Assembly: GCA_963797485.1 (NCBI GenBank)
Contig: CAWCPF010000001.1
Coordinates: 219,567-283,566, forward strand
Direction of reading: 5' to 3'
Source of the DNA: an uncultured Chloroflexia bacterium
GTDB lineage: Bacteria; Chloroflexota; Anaerolineae; Anaerolineales; E44-bin32
DNA length: 64,000 nucleotides
The notes beneath the pieces are model-generated. The model was not told the origin of the DNA. It searched no databases and saw only the letters and a program-made list of their open reading frames with translations. Below, piece by piece: positions 9,900-21,429 of the stretch (position 1 is the first letter of the stretch; every line of letters starts with the position of its first letter). The position numbers and the translations under genes are program-made.

Positions 9900-9927
9900 A
9901 TTCTACTCGCGGTGGCCAGCCTGTCAA
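9900..9927 (-). promoter_or_regulatory. Putative sigma70 promoter of rpoC
   Basis: TTGACA (9927-9922)-N16-TAGAAT (9905-9900). Confidence 0.7.
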
Positions 9928-9965
9928 GGGTTGTCCCGCCTGCACGCCTGGCGTATGGCTGGAGC

Positions 9966-12900
9966 TCAGGAGGCTTCGAGCGGCTGGACGGCCGGCTGGG
10001 GATGCAGCGGGATTTCGAATGAGAAGGTGCTGCCGGCTCCCAATCGGCTTTCCACGGTCACGCTGCCCCCGTGCTGTTCGATGATCGATTTGACGATCGC
10101 AAGCCCCAGCCCCGTCCCGCGTTCTTTCAAGCTCTCTTGCCGCCTCGCCCGGTAGAAACGCTCGAACAGCCGGGCCTGGTCGGCCGGAGAAATACCCATG
10201 CCGGTATCGCGGATCGAGAACATCAGCCGACCGCGAGCCTGCCTGGCCTGCACGACAACCTGCCCTCCCGACTGGGTGTATTTAATCGCATTGTCAATCA
10301 GATTGGAGACCGCCTGCCTGAGGAGCGTTCGATCGGCTTCGACGGGATCTTCGGCTCCGTCAGTTTCGACTTCGAGAGCGATCCGTTTGTTGATCGCTTG
10401 GGGCCGGTGGGCGTTCAGGACCTCGTCTAGCAGGTCGTCAAAGTCGAACACTTCGAGGTTTAGCCCCAACCCGGCTTCGATACGCCCCAGGTCCAGCAAA
10501 TTCTCGACCAGCCCGCTCATCTGGTCCACACTGTCGAGGATCTTGCCGACAAAATCGCGTTGTTGATCGTTCAACGAACCGACCATGGTCATCATGGTGG
10601 AGTAGCCGCGCATGAGGGTAAGGGGGGCGCGAAGGTCATGGCTCACCGTGGAGACAAACTCCGACTTGAGCATATCGAGCTTTTTGTAATGGGTGATATC
10701 CCACAGCACGCAAACCCGTCCCGACCGCTCTTGGCCTCCAACTTCAATGTCGCGGGACGCAGCTGACAGCACTTGGCCGCCTTCGAGCTGAACCTCAATG
10801 ACCTGAGATTCGGGTTCCGATGCCGTGAGCTGGGCCAGCAGCTCGGGGAAGGCAATCCAATCCTGGGCAGGCTGGCCAAGGGCGTTTTCGGCCGGCCCTT
10901 TGAGCACGACCTCGGCGGCTGGATTGGCGAGCAGGATACGGCCCAGCCGGTCGATCACCAACACCGAGTCCGGGGTGGCATCCAGCACAGCCGCCAACCG
11001 AAGCCGTTCCTCCTGGGCCTGCTGGAACAGGCGCACATTGGCCAGCCATACCCCTATCTGGGCGCTCACAATGGTCGTCAGATTGGTCTCATCAGGAGAA
11101 ATCAAATGATGCTGCCCATGAGCCAGCCACAACGCTCCCAGGTATTCGTCTTCGTTGAGGATAGGGAAGGCCATCAGCACTTCCACGTCGGCCTCCGTGC
11201 GCTCGACGTCCAAAACGGCGCGGGCCCGGCTGGGATTCTCCAGCGCAAACTGGCCTCTCTGGCGGCACAAAGCCAGAATCTGCTCGTCGAGCGCCCCCCA
11301 GCGCCCCTCCAACCTCGCCGATTCGAGGGCCGGTCCCTGATCCAGTCCCCCCACTTCGGGGACAGTCACGAGCCGCACAACATCGGCCCCGGTGAGCGAC
11401 GCCAACCCATCCAAGATCGGGATCAGCGAAGCTTCCAGCTCCATCCTCGAGGCCAGTGTCTGGCTGACGCGCAACAGCAAATCCATCGCCTCCAGCCGGC
11501 CCTTGAGGCTCCGCCGCATGCGTTCAAAGGATACCGCCAGCCGGCCGACCTCATCCTCCCCGGCTGCAGTGACCGTGCGTTCCAGGTCGCCTCGGGCAAT
11601 GGCTTCAGCGGTCGAGGCCATCTGGCGAACCGGCTGGGTCACGCGGCGGCTGGTGACATACACGATGACAAGCAGCAATGCGCCGACCACGCTTACGACG
11701 GCCAGCAGCCGCGCGGCGATGGGAACGGCCATCCGATCGACGACGCGTTGTGGAACCATAACGACTACTTTCCACGGGTAGCCTTCGACCGGTTGAACAT
11801 ACTCCAGGGCGCGAGTTCCATCAGCTGAGGTCAGGATGGAGACTTCCCCGGCAAGGTCGGTTGAGAAGCTCGCCCGGCTCAGCAAGTCCCGACCTTGGGG
11901 ATGGAAAAGGATGACTCCTTGACCGTCGATGATGTATGTGTCCCCCAGGTCGGAATCCCTGAGAAGCCCAAGGGCCGGGCTGATTAATGGATTGGACTCA
12001 AGTCCGGTCCAACCAGCCATCACCCCCAGAGTTTGATTCTGAACTGGATCGATCACCGGTGTGATGAAAACCAGCTCGGCTTCGGAGGGCGCGGACCGCG
12101 CCACTCACGACAATCTCCTGTGGCACACCCTGCAGCCCGACTTTCAGACCCTCCACAATGTCAGCGGGCAGAGGCTGCAGCAAGCTCTGGTCAGCCGGGA
12201 CCAGGGTCAGCAACGCCCCCTGTCCATCAAACAAGGCCGTGCGGTCAAAGAAGACCTGGTTTGACTGGCCCAAGGCCAGTTCGGTGGCATCGGCCGAAGG
12301 GTCTAGAAGCAGGGGTTCCGCTTTCTGCGCCAACCCGCGAACGACCTGCCGTCCGGTCTGAATGAAAAACGGAACGGCGCCGCTTGCCTGGGCCGCCGTC
12401 TGCCGCATTTGGTCCTCGATTAGATCTCGGGCCGAAGTCCGGGCGAGGTACCACTGCCCGGAGGACAGCACGACCAGGCTCAACAACCCCAGGGCAGACA
12501 GAGTGGACACCATTCGGGCGGCCAAGGAACGGTTGTACGGACCCGCCCGCAGGTTCGTGGGCCGCGTCCAGATCCCCAAGCCTGTCATGAGCAGGATCTG
12601 GCCGACCACACCTCCCACCAGGCCCTCGAGCAAGGTCACCGCCATGCCTGGTCCGGATTGCTGAAGGGCGAAATCAAGGCCGTCATAGAGCGTGCCGGGG
12701 CTGTAGGCGTACACCTCTACAAGCCGCAGCCCCCCAACCACCGCCGCGGCCGCCAGGCACGCCGCCAAGGGCTGGCGCGCCAACCTGGCCAAGCTCTCCC
12801 GGTAGTTCTGCCGCATGAGCCACGCCGCCAAGCCGGCTTCAAATGCGACCATCAAGGGCGTGGCCATACTCTGAGTTTCCCAACCCCCGCGGGCCAGCCC

Positions 12901-13290
12901 GGCCGCCAGACCCACGATGACCGCTTGCCACACCCCCATGTAGCCTGCCGCCAGGACCCATGGAACGGCCGCCAGCACCCCGATGCCCGGCACCGCCAGG
13001 GCGCGGGGCAAGCCTACCGCAGTCCCGCCGCCCAACCCGGGCAGCCGCAGCATCAGAGTCTCGGCCGCGATGGGAGCAAGGAAGAGTAGAACCAGGAACC
13101 ACTCAATCTCAGCCAAGCGCAGTTGGGGGTTGGGGGTTTTCGGAGTGAGCGAGCGGTCGGAAGGCGACTCGGAGGCAATCAGAAGCCAGGCGAGACCCAG
13201 CAGGCAGACGCCGATGAGCATGTAACCGGCTGGCCGGTTGGGGAGGCTCAGCGAAAATGCGCCTTGAATGCCCAGGAGACTGATGGTCAT
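9966..13290 (-). CDS. Large multi-TM sensor histidine kinase (TM region, Cache-like, HAMP, GAF, PAS, HisKA, HATPase); frameshift near 12095
   Basis: The 5' ORF has many TM helices and the start of the extracytoplasmic domain. The 3' ORF has HAMP (EDEVGRLAVSFERM), H-box SHDLRAPL, NLIDNAIKY, DTGMGI and GTGLGL. Confidence 0.85.
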
Positions 13291-13320
13291 GAGGTCCCTG
13301 CGGGTGCAACGACGGCGGCG

Positions 13321-13329
13321 ATTATAGCA
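13321..13329 (-). promoter_or_regulatory. Extended -10 promoter of the sensor kinase; a divergent TGtTAGACT at about 13379-13387 could serve the REC gene
   Basis: TGCTATAAT on the minus strand about 30 nt upstream of the ATG. Confidence 0.55.
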
Positions 13330-13430
13330 TTCTCCTTCTCCAGCCAGTACCGCCTGCTTGCCCTAGCAGCCGCCTTCATGTTAGACTGCTCAGGCTGGGT
13401 CGGCGCAGACCCCCGGCCGGGACCTCGCGC

Positions 13431-14591
13431 ATGACAGACAAAATCTTGATCATTGACGACGACGTGGACACGCTCAAGCTCGTAGGACTGATGCTTGAGC
13501 GTCAAGGCTACAAGATCACCGTGGCGAATAACGGCGTCCAGGGTCTGGCCAAGGCCGGTGCCGAGCGCCCGGACCTGATCTTGCTCGATGTGATGATGCC
13601 GGACATGGATGGCTACGAAGTCACCCAGCAGCTGCGCAAGGATCCGGCACTGGCCCACATTCCCATCATCATGTTTACGGCCAAATCCATGGTCGATGAC
13701 AAGGTGGCGGGGTTTGAGGCTGGCGTTGATGACTACCTGACAAAACCGACACATCCGGCTGAGCTTACGGCACACGTCAAAGCGGTTCTGGCGCGGTCGA
13801 ACCAGGCCCGTGCGGTCAGCGCACCGACCGGCAAAGATAAGGCGGCCGTCATCGCGTTCTTGGGCGCTCGCGGCGGGATGGGGACCACGACCATGGCGGT
13901 CAATGTGGGCGTGGCCCTGCAACAAGCCGGCCACGATGTTATCCTGGCCGAGCTCAACCCCGGTCATGGCACCTTCGCCCTCGACCTGGATCTGGGTGCC
14001 TCGTCCGGTCTGGCAAATCTTCTGACACGCTCACTGAAGGATGTGCACCTTCGTTCGGTCGAAGGAGAGCTGGCCGAGCACAAGAGCGGGCTCCGGCTCC
14101 TGCTGTCAGATTATCAGCCGTCCGAGATCGAGCTCGAACAGGCGGTGCCCCAGATGGAGGCCGTCCTCAGCAACCTGGCCGCCCTGGCCACCGTGGTGAT
14201 TGTCGATCTTGGCTCCGGAATGCGACCGTATGTGAAACCGATCCTCGAACTCACCGACCGCCTGGTGGTGGTGGTTGAGCCGGTCTTCCCCACCAACCGC
14301 ATTGCCCTGGCCCTGGTTGACGACATCGTGTCGTCAGGCTATGCGCGCCACAAAGTCAACATGGCCCTATTGACGCGCATGCGGACGAGCCTGCAAATCC
14401 CCTGGAAAACTCTCCACGACGAATTGGGAGTCGAGCTGGCCGGGGTGGTATCCCCCGCCCCCGAGCAGGCCCATCAGGCCAGCCAGAGCGGCACCCCTCT
14501 GCTCCTCATCCAGCCCGACAGCCTGGTAGCCGATCAACTTCAGAAGATCGCTGAGCATCTAACCAAATTCCTTCAGCCTGTCAAAGGCTGA
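13431..14591 (+). CDS. Response-regulator receiver fused to a MinD/CpaE-like ATPase domain
   Basis: IIDDD...LLDVMMP...KP receiver motifs; deviant Walker A-like GARGGMGTT; VVIVDLG. Confidence 0.85.
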   Translation: MTDKILIIDDDVDTLKLVGLMLERQGYKITVANNGVQGLAKAGAERPDLILLDVMMPDMDGYEVTQQLRKDPALAHIPIIMFTAKSMVDDKVAGFEAGVDDYLTKPTHPAELTAHVKAVLARSNQARAVSAPTGKDKAAVIAFLGARGGMGTTTMAVNVGVALQQAGHDVILAELNPGHGTFALDLDLGASSGLANLLTRSLKDVHLRSVEGELAEHKSGLRLLLSDYQPSEIELEQAVPQMEAVLSNLAALATVVIVDLGSGMRPYVKPILELTDRLVVVVEPVFPTNRIALALVDDIVSSGYARHKVNMALLTRMRTSLQIPWKTLHDELGVELAGVVSPAPEQAHQASQSGTPLLLIQPDSLVADQLQKIAEHLTKFLQPVKG

Positions 14592-14599
14592 GCTCTCCG

Positions 14600-15376
14600 G
14601 TGACCGAACGGGCGGTCGAACTCGATGTCGAGCGCGCCGCCGGGCTGATCGCCAACGCCCGGGCCGGCGTGGCGCTCACCGGAGCGGGGATTTCCACGCC
14701 CTCGGGCATACCTGACTTCCGTTCGCCCGGATCGGGGCTTTGGGGAAAGTTCGACCGCATGCAGGTTGCCTCCCTCTCGGCGTTTCGATATCACCCGGAG
14801 CGGTTCTTCGAGTGGGTCCGGCCCCTGGCTGAGAGCATGCTTGAGGCGCAGCCCAACCCCGCGCATATAGCGCTGGCAGAACTTGAACGCGCCGGCCATT
14901 TGGCAGGCATCGTCACGCAAAACATAGACAATCTGCACCGGCGGGCCGGCTCGAGCCTTGTGCTCGAGATTCATGGCCATCTTCGCCAGTCGACGTGCGT
15001 GGATTGTTTCCGGCGCTTTCCCAGCGGGCGGCTCCTGGAGCGCTTCGCCCGCACCGGCGAGATCCCCCGCTGTCCGGTTTGCTCGGCCGTCCTGAAGCCG
15101 GATGTCGTGTTGTTTGGGGAGCAGCTCCCGTTCGAAACTGTCCAGGAGGCCAAGCGGCTTGTCGCCCACAGCGATCTGATCCTAGTGGTTGGCTCGTCGC
15201 TGGAGGTGAGCCCAGCCGCCATCTTCCCGGTCCAGGCACTCAATGCCGGTGCTCGTCTGATCATGGTCAACCGCCAGCCGACTTATCTCGACCCCCGCGC
15301 CGATGTCATCTTGCGCGAAGATGCTGCCACAGTCTTGCCTCGGCTGGCGGACGAGGTGCTAAATGGCCGAGGCTGA
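14600..15376 (+). CDS. cobB: NAD-dependent protein deacylase (sirtuin, CobB family)
   Basis: GAGISTPSGIPDFR, TQNIDNLH, HG, CxxC/CxxC zinc site, KPDVVLFGE, GSSLEV. Confidence 0.92.
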   Translation: MTERAVELDVERAAGLIANARAGVALTGAGISTPSGIPDFRSPGSGLWGKFDRMQVASLSAFRYHPERFFEWVRPLAESMLEAQPNPAHIALAELERAGHLAGIVTQNIDNLHRRAGSSLVLEIHGHLRQSTCVDCFRRFPSGRLLERFARTGEIPRCPVCSAVLKPDVVLFGEQLPFETVQEAKRLVAHSDLILVVGSSLEVSPAAIFPVQALNAGARLIMVNRQPTYLDPRADVILREDAATVLPRLADEVLNGRG

Positions 15377-16619
15377 CTCCCACACTCCGTCCGAAGAATC
15401 GGCTATCCGCAACTACCCCCAGCTTCTCAGGCGCTACGCCCGGCTGCTGGAGGTCTCATCGCAGCTGGTCTCCACGCTCGAACTTCAGAGCCTGCTGGAC
15501 AGCATCGTGGCCGCCGCCAAAGAACTCACCCAAAGCGAATCGGCGTCTCTGCTTCTGTATGATCCGCAATCCAAGAACCTGTATTTCGAGGCAGCCACCG
15601 ACAATCTCATCCAAGGCCTCGATCGCACGGCCGTTCCGGCCGAGAACAGCATCGCCGGTTGGGTTTTTGCGCATCAGGAGCCGCTGGTGGTCGACGATGC
15701 CATCCAGGATCCGCGCTTCTTCCGCGAGGTGGATGTGCTAACCCGCTTCCAGACACGGACCATTCTGGGGGTCCCTTTGAGGACCAAGGAAAAGACCTTT
15801 GGTGTGATCGAGGCCGTCAACAAGCTGGCCGGCAAGTACGAAGAGGATGATGTGCGCGTCCTCCAGACGCTGGCGGCTCAAGCGGCCATCGCCATCGAGA
15901 ACAGCCGCTTGTTTCAGCAAAGCGACCTGATCGCCGAGATGGTGCACGAGTTCCGGACCCCACTGGGTGCATTGACCGCCGCAGCGCATCTCATCCAGCG
16001 TCCGGACCTGCCAGACGATCAGCGAGTGAAACTCAGCCGTACCGTCTACAGCGAGGTCCAGCGGCTGAACGAGATGGCCGACGATTTTCTCGAGTTGGCC
16101 AGGCTGGAATTGGGTCGGGCGCGCTTTGTGCGGGAGCCGGTGCACATGGGTGGCTTAATTGGGGAGTGCATTGAGATCATTCGACCCCAGGCGGAGGCCC
16201 AGCACATCAGCATTGAAACCGACATCGACCCAAGCGTGTCTCCGGTGGCAGGCGATCGGAATCGCCTCAAACAGGTCATCCTCAATCTGCTCACCAACGC
16301 GCTCAAGTACAACTCTCAGCCGGGGAAAGTGAAGCTCGAACTGCACCGCGAATCCGACCGCGTGCTGGCCTCCGTCTCGGACACCGGGCGCGGCATTCCC
16401 GCTGAGAGCCTGCCCCACATCTTCGAGCGGTTCTACCGGGTGCCGGATCAGGAAGCCCGAGTTGGCGGCACGGGCCTCGGACTGGCCATAGCCAAGCGGA
16501 TCACCGAGACTCACCAGGGGACGATTTCGGTGCAGAGCGAGCCGGGCCGAGGGACGACCTTCACGGTGTCCCTGCCGGCCGGTGGGACCGTCGCCTACGA
16601 CACCCGGCCTCGGCCCTGA
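15363..16619 (+). CDS. Cytoplasmic GAF-domain sensor histidine kinase
   Basis: GAF domain (SIAGWV...VPL...GVIEAVNK), VHEFRTPL, NLLTNALKY, DTGRGI, GTGLGL. Confidence 0.9.
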   Translation: MAEADSHTPSEESAIRNYPQLLRRYARLLEVSSQLVSTLELQSLLDSIVAAAKELTQSESASLLLYDPQSKNLYFEAATDNLIQGLDRTAVPAENSIAGWVFAHQEPLVVDDAIQDPRFFREVDVLTRFQTRTILGVPLRTKEKTFGVIEAVNKLAGKYEEDDVRVLQTLAAQAAIAIENSRLFQQSDLIAEMVHEFRTPLGALTAAAHLIQRPDLPDDQRVKLSRTVYSEVQRLNEMADDFLELARLELGRARFVREPVHMGGLIGECIEIIRPQAEAQHISIETDIDPSVSPVAGDRNRLKQVILNLLTNALKYNSQPGKVKLELHRESDRVLASVSDTGRGIPAESLPHIFERFYRVPDQEARVGGTGLGLAIAKRITETHQGTISVQSEPGRGTTFTVSLPAGGTVAYDTRPRP

Positions 16620-18340
16620 TCAGCCCCGCCGTCCAAACTGGCGTTCGAGTGCATCGACAGACAGATGAATAAGGGTCGGCCGCCCGTGAGGACACGTCCG
16701 GGGAGAGGCGCAGGCCTCGAGATTGCGGATGAGTTCGGCTTGTTCCGCCAGGGACAGAACCTGACCGGATTTGATGGCCGCCCGCTTGCATACCCTGGCC
16801 GCCAGCTGGGCTTCGAGTTCTCCGCCTAAGGGTGTTTCGTCCTCTTCGAAGTCATCTACAACCGTTCGCAGCGCGCTCTCGGCGGACAGTCCTGTCAGGA
16901 GCGCCGGCAGGGCGCGAACCCTGAAGGTGCGGCTCCCAAAGACCTCGACATCGAATCCTAACTGGTTCATGATCGGCAACCTGTTTTCCAGAAGTATCGT
17001 CTGCCCTTGGCTGAGTTCGACACTCTCCGGCTCCAACAAAACCTGGGACGCTAGTCGCCCTCCGCGGAAGCCGTCCATCATGCGCTCGAACAGGACCCGT
17101 TCGTGGGCCGCGTGCTGGTCGATCAAGTACAGCCCATCGGGCCCCTCGGCTACCAGGTAGGCCGTGCCCACCTGCCCCACGGCTCTCAAAAGCGGCACTC
17201 CGCCGATCGGCCGGCCAGCTGGCACCAGTCCCGGGAGTGGAGGCGGCACGCGGGCTGCCAGTCGAGCCTCGACCCCGGCGGACTCGCCTCCAGGCCACGC
17301 CTCTTCTGCCGAACCCAGCCAGGCGGATGCCACGTCCACGGTCGGGGGCGCCTGATGCAGCAGATGGGCCCGCACCGTCCGTTGGACGACCGAGAACACT
17401 ATGCCGGGGTCCTTGAACCTCACTTCGGCCTTGGCCGGATGCACATTGACGTCGACCTCATCCGGGGGCAACTCGATGAAGAGCACAGCCAGGGGAAAAC
17501 GACCGACCATCAACAGCCCGTGGTAGGCCCCAACCACGGCCGCCCCAAGGCTGGTATCGTGAATCCAGCGACCATTCACGAAGAAGGTCAATTCGCGGCG
17601 GTTGGACCGATCGACGGATGGAGGGCCGATGAAGCCGCGAACCTTGACACCGGCCTCCAGCGAGGGTTCGGACAACCCGATCATGGACCGCGCTGTGTCG
17701 GCCCCGAGGACGGCGGCCAGCGCCTCGCGATCATCGCCGGCGCCCGTCGTCTGCAGATTTGCCGGCCCTCTTGACTTAGGCCAAACCGGACCCCGGGGTA
17801 GGCCACGGCATACCGGCCGATCCACTCGTTGATGTGCCGCCTTTCGGTAGACTCTGTTTTCAGGAACTTGCGTCGAGCGGGCACATTGAAGAACAGCTCT
17901 CGAACCTGGACAACAGTCCCGACGGGCATCCCGATCGGCTCAACGACCCCCAGCTGACCGCCTTCGGCTGTCAGCCGCCGGCCCGCCCGTGTCTCTTGCG
18001 TGCGGGAGCGTATCTCCAGCCGCGAAACGGCGGCGATTGAAGCCAGGGCCTCTCCACGAAATCCGAGGGTCCGAATGTTGAACAGCCCCTCGGTGGACTG
18101 AAGCTTGGACGTGGCGTGCCGCGCCAGGGCCACTTCCAGATCCTCGGGGTCTATCCCCCATCCGTCATCCGAGACCTCGATCAGGCCGCGCCCGCCAGCC
18201 TCGACGCGCACATCAATCCGGCCGGCCCGAGCATCCAGTGCGTTTTCGACCAGTTCCTTAACCACTGAAGCCGGACGTTCGATAACCTCCCCGGCGGCGA
18301 TGGCCGAGGCGACCTGGTCCGGCAAGACCTGGATGCGCAA
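16620..18340 (-). CDS. mutL: DNA mismatch repair protein MutL (frameshift near 17760)
   Basis: AAGEVIERPASVVKELVENALDA, GFRGEAL, VDVNVHPAKAEV, DQHAAHERVLFE endonuclease motif, CPHGRP. Confidence 0.93.
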
Positions 18341-18396
18341 AGTCCGGCTCCTGACTGGGCGATTGGACGAACCCTGCGATTATACTGGCCGGCGCG

Positions 18397-18426
18397 TTGA
18401 CAGCCAGCCGCGGCGGACACTATACT
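18397..18426 (+). promoter_or_regulatory. Putative sigma70 promoter of the HAD gene; a divergent TATAAT at 18384-18379 could serve mutL
   Basis: TTGACA-N18-TATACT. Confidence 0.65.
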
Positions 18427-18486
18427 TTCGCATCCCAACGCCCGCGCCCCCTCCGACTGGCAGGGCACCGTTCCTGCTGAGAGCCA

Positions 18487-19171
18487 TTGACCGAATCGGC
18501 TGGCCTTCAATATCTGCTCATCGACCTGGATGACACGGTCTATCCGCCCGGGAATGGCCTGTGGCGTCAGATTTCCGGCCGCATCGACGAGTACATGCGC
18601 CAGCGACTGGGCCTGTCCGCAGACCAGGTTGCAGTCCCGTCGGGCGGCGTACGTGGCTGCTCACGGGACGACGCTAACCGGGCTCATGCAGGATTTCGGT
18701 GTCGACGCGGCGGATTACCTCGAGTTCGTCCACCGGGTCGACTACAGCTCCGCGCTCAGACCGGACGCAAGACTGCGCGCCGCCCTGCTGTCCTGTCCAC
18801 AGTCCAAGGCCATCTTCACCAACGCCAGCCGATCCCACGCCGAACGCGTTCTCAGCGGCCTTGGATTGGATGGCGTCTTTGACGAAATCATCGACATTGT
18901 CAGCTTGGGCTATGTGAACAAGCCCCTGCCCGAGGCCTATCGGCGCGCCATTGAACTGGTCGGGTCGCCACCCGCCGGCGTGTGTTTGATGGCGGACGAC
19001 AGGCCGATCAATCTTGCCCCGGCGCGGCAGATGGGCATGACGACCGTGCTGGTTGGTTTGGATATGTCGGCCGGGTTTGACCACCATGTCGCTCATTTGG
19101 TTGATCTGCCGGCGGCCGTTCCCCAACTCTTCGAGTTCAAGCGGGCGCCGGAGGCGGGGGATCGTGGATAA
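18487..19171 (+). CDS. HAD-family hydrolase, pyrimidine 5'-nucleotidase-like (frameshift near 18632)
   Basis: DLDDTVY motif I, HGTTLTGL, IFTNA, KP, DDRPINL. Confidence 0.85.
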
Positions 19172-19989
19172 GGTCATCACGCTGGACGAGGCCGTCAACC
19201 TGGTGCCCAAGACCCCGTTCCGCCTGGCGCTGGGAGGCGTCACGCTTTACAGACGGCCGATGGCGTTCGCCCTGGCGCTGCTGGACCGGCTGGAGGCGCT
19301 CGAGGCCCGCCGGCAGCTTGACCTGGTGTGCTTCACCGCAGGGTTGGAAAGCGATATCCTGGTGGGCGCTGGTCTGGTCAACCAGATCCGCACATGCTAC
19401 TTCGGTCTCGAGATTTTCGGCCTGGCACCCAACTTCACGGCTGCGGCTTCGAAAAATGAGCTGAAGATCGTCGATGAAAGCGAAACCAGCCTGGCAGCCG
19501 GGCTGCGGGCCAAACTGGCCGGAGTGGGGTTTATGCCCTCCCGATCTTGGCTGGGGACCGACATGCCCAAGCTTCGCCCGGACGTCCGATCGGTCGTCGA
19601 TCCGTACAGCGGCCAGGCCCTTATGGCCTTTCCAGCCATCGAGGTGGATGTGGCGGTGCTTCACGCCCTGGAAGCGGACCCCCAGGGCAATGCGGCGCTG
19701 GGAGGCAACCGCGGCGTGGATGTCGAACTTGCCATGGCGGCCGAGTTGGTGATCGTGACCGCCGATCGAGTTTCCCCTGGACTTCGAACGCGCCGACCTG
19801 GTCGGTCCGGTCGTCGATTGGGTGGTCGAAGCGCCCAACGGCGCCTGGCCAACTTCCTGTCATCCCCTCTATCCCATGGACGGGCTGGCCGTCCTGCGAT
19901 ACATCGAGGCTGCCGGGACCGGCGACTACCCCGCTCTCATCCGCGACTGGAAACTTCGACATGCCGTTGCGGTGATAACAACCGATTGA
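19164..19989 (+). CDS. CoA-transferase subunit A, glutaconate CoA-transferase-like (frameshift near 19785)
   Basis: LGGVTLYRRPMA, GLRAKLAGVGFMP, DPYSG...PAIEVDVAVLHA...GNA. The shifted frame continues VDWVVEAPNGAWPTSCHPLY to TGA at 19989. Confidence 0.8.
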
Positions 19990-20080
19990 GCCATCCAGGG
20001 CCAAAACTAGTGTTGACATACGTTAGGATGAACGTGGCCACGGACGCCGAGGCCGACAGGATGAAGCGAGGAGTTTAGGG

Positions 20081-21397
20081 ATGGGCGCAAGACGCGTACT
20101 TGGATTGGTACTCGGCATCGTGGCCGGATTGGTGCTGTCTGCCGGACTCTTTATCGGAGGCGCCACTTTTGGCGCGGCCCTCGGCCGGCTGTCCAACAGC
20201 CCTCTGCCCGAGCGGATTGTCGAACAGCCCCTCGCACCAACGGTGATACCTTCGCCCACACCGCCTCCCACCGCGACCGGCGTGCCCACCCAGGCGCCCA
20301 CCCCCGTCCCGACGCCTTCGGCTGCCGCCTCGGACAGGGACCGGTTGTTCGCACCATTCTGGCAGGCATGGGATCTGGTGCACCAGGAGTTCGTCGACCC
20401 GGTCCGGGATCTCGATCTCATGCGCGGGGCCATTCGGGGGATGATGGAATCGTTGGGAGACCCGGCCAGTTCGTACATGGACCCCGACGAGTTCCAGCAG
20501 GCCAACTCCAGCCTCGCCGGCGAATATGAGGGCATCGGGGCCTGGGTCGACACCAGCTCGGAGTATCTGACCATCATCTCGCCCATGCCCGGTTCTCCGG
20601 CCGAGAAGGCAGGGCTGAAACCCGGCGACCAGATCATCGGCATTGATGGATCGGACCTGGCAGGTGTCGACCCCAATCAGGTCGTCCAAATGGTGCTTGG
20701 ACCGGCGGGCTCGACCGTGCACCTCAGCGTGCGAAGGGAAGGTGCCTCCGCTCCCTTGGAGTTCGACGTCCAGCGGGCAGCCATCACTGTGCCGAGCGTC
20801 CAAGGTCGCATGCTCGACGGCGAGATCGCCTATATCCAATTGTTCACGTTTGGCGATACCACGGCCGAGGAGCTCCACCAGCAACTCGAGACGCTGCTGG
20901 CCCAGAACCCCAAGGGACTGATTCTGGATTTGCGCAACAACGGCGGCGGTTTCCTGGACACGTCCGTCAGGGTCGCCAGTGAGTTTGTCGCAGAGGGCCC
21001 GATCCTGACCGAACGATTCGGCGATGGGACCGAGAATGTTTATCGGGCCCAGGGCAATGGGGTGGCCACCGACATCCCGCTGATTGTGCTCGTCAACCAA
21101 GGTACGGCCTCGGCCTCGGAAATCGTCGCCGGCGCCATCCAGGACACCGCCCGGGGCCAACTGGTCGGCGAGACTACGTTTGGAAAAGGGTCGGTGCAAA
21201 ACTGGATTCCGCTGGAGGGCGACGGCGGCGCCGTGCGTGTGACCATCGCCCGGTGGTACACGCCGAATGGCCGCCAAATCAGCGATCAAGGGCTAACGCC
21301 GGATGTTAGTGTCCCTCTAACGGACCAGGATGTAGAATTGGGCTCAGATCCGCAGCTGGACAAGGCGGTCGAGCTCTTGGGCGGTTCCAGCCCATAG
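20081..21397 (+). CDS. S41 carboxy-terminal processing protease with PDZ domain
   Basis: N-terminal anchor, YEGIGA, PDZ, LILDLRNNGGG, TASASEIVAGA, TFGKGSVQ. Confidence 0.92.
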   Translation: MGARRVLGLVLGIVAGLVLSAGLFIGGATFGAALGRLSNSPLPERIVEQPLAPTVIPSPTPPPTATGVPTQAPTPVPTPSAAASDRDRLFAPFWQAWDLVHQEFVDPVRDLDLMRGAIRGMMESLGDPASSYMDPDEFQQANSSLAGEYEGIGAWVDTSSEYLTIISPMPGSPAEKAGLKPGDQIIGIDGSDLAGVDPNQVVQMVLGPAGSTVHLSVRREGASAPLEFDVQRAAITVPSVQGRMLDGEIAYIQLFTFGDTTAEELHQQLETLLAQNPKGLILDLRNNGGGFLDTSVRVASEFVAEGPILTERFGDGTENVYRAQGNGVATDIPLIVLVNQGTASASEIVAGAIQDTARGQLVGETTFGKGSVQNWIPLEGDGGAVRVTIARWYTPNGRQISDQGLTPDVSVPLTDQDVELGSDPQLDKAVELLGGSSP

Positions 21398-21429
21398 CGG
21401 GCTGTCGGTCAGTGTGGAGGTAGTCGGCC

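Noticed and set aside
11998..13290. Separate membrane protein upstream of a 712-aa kinase
   Set aside because: The extracytoplasmic domain runs continuously across the frame change and the downstream ORF has no SD; one frameshifted gene is more likely.
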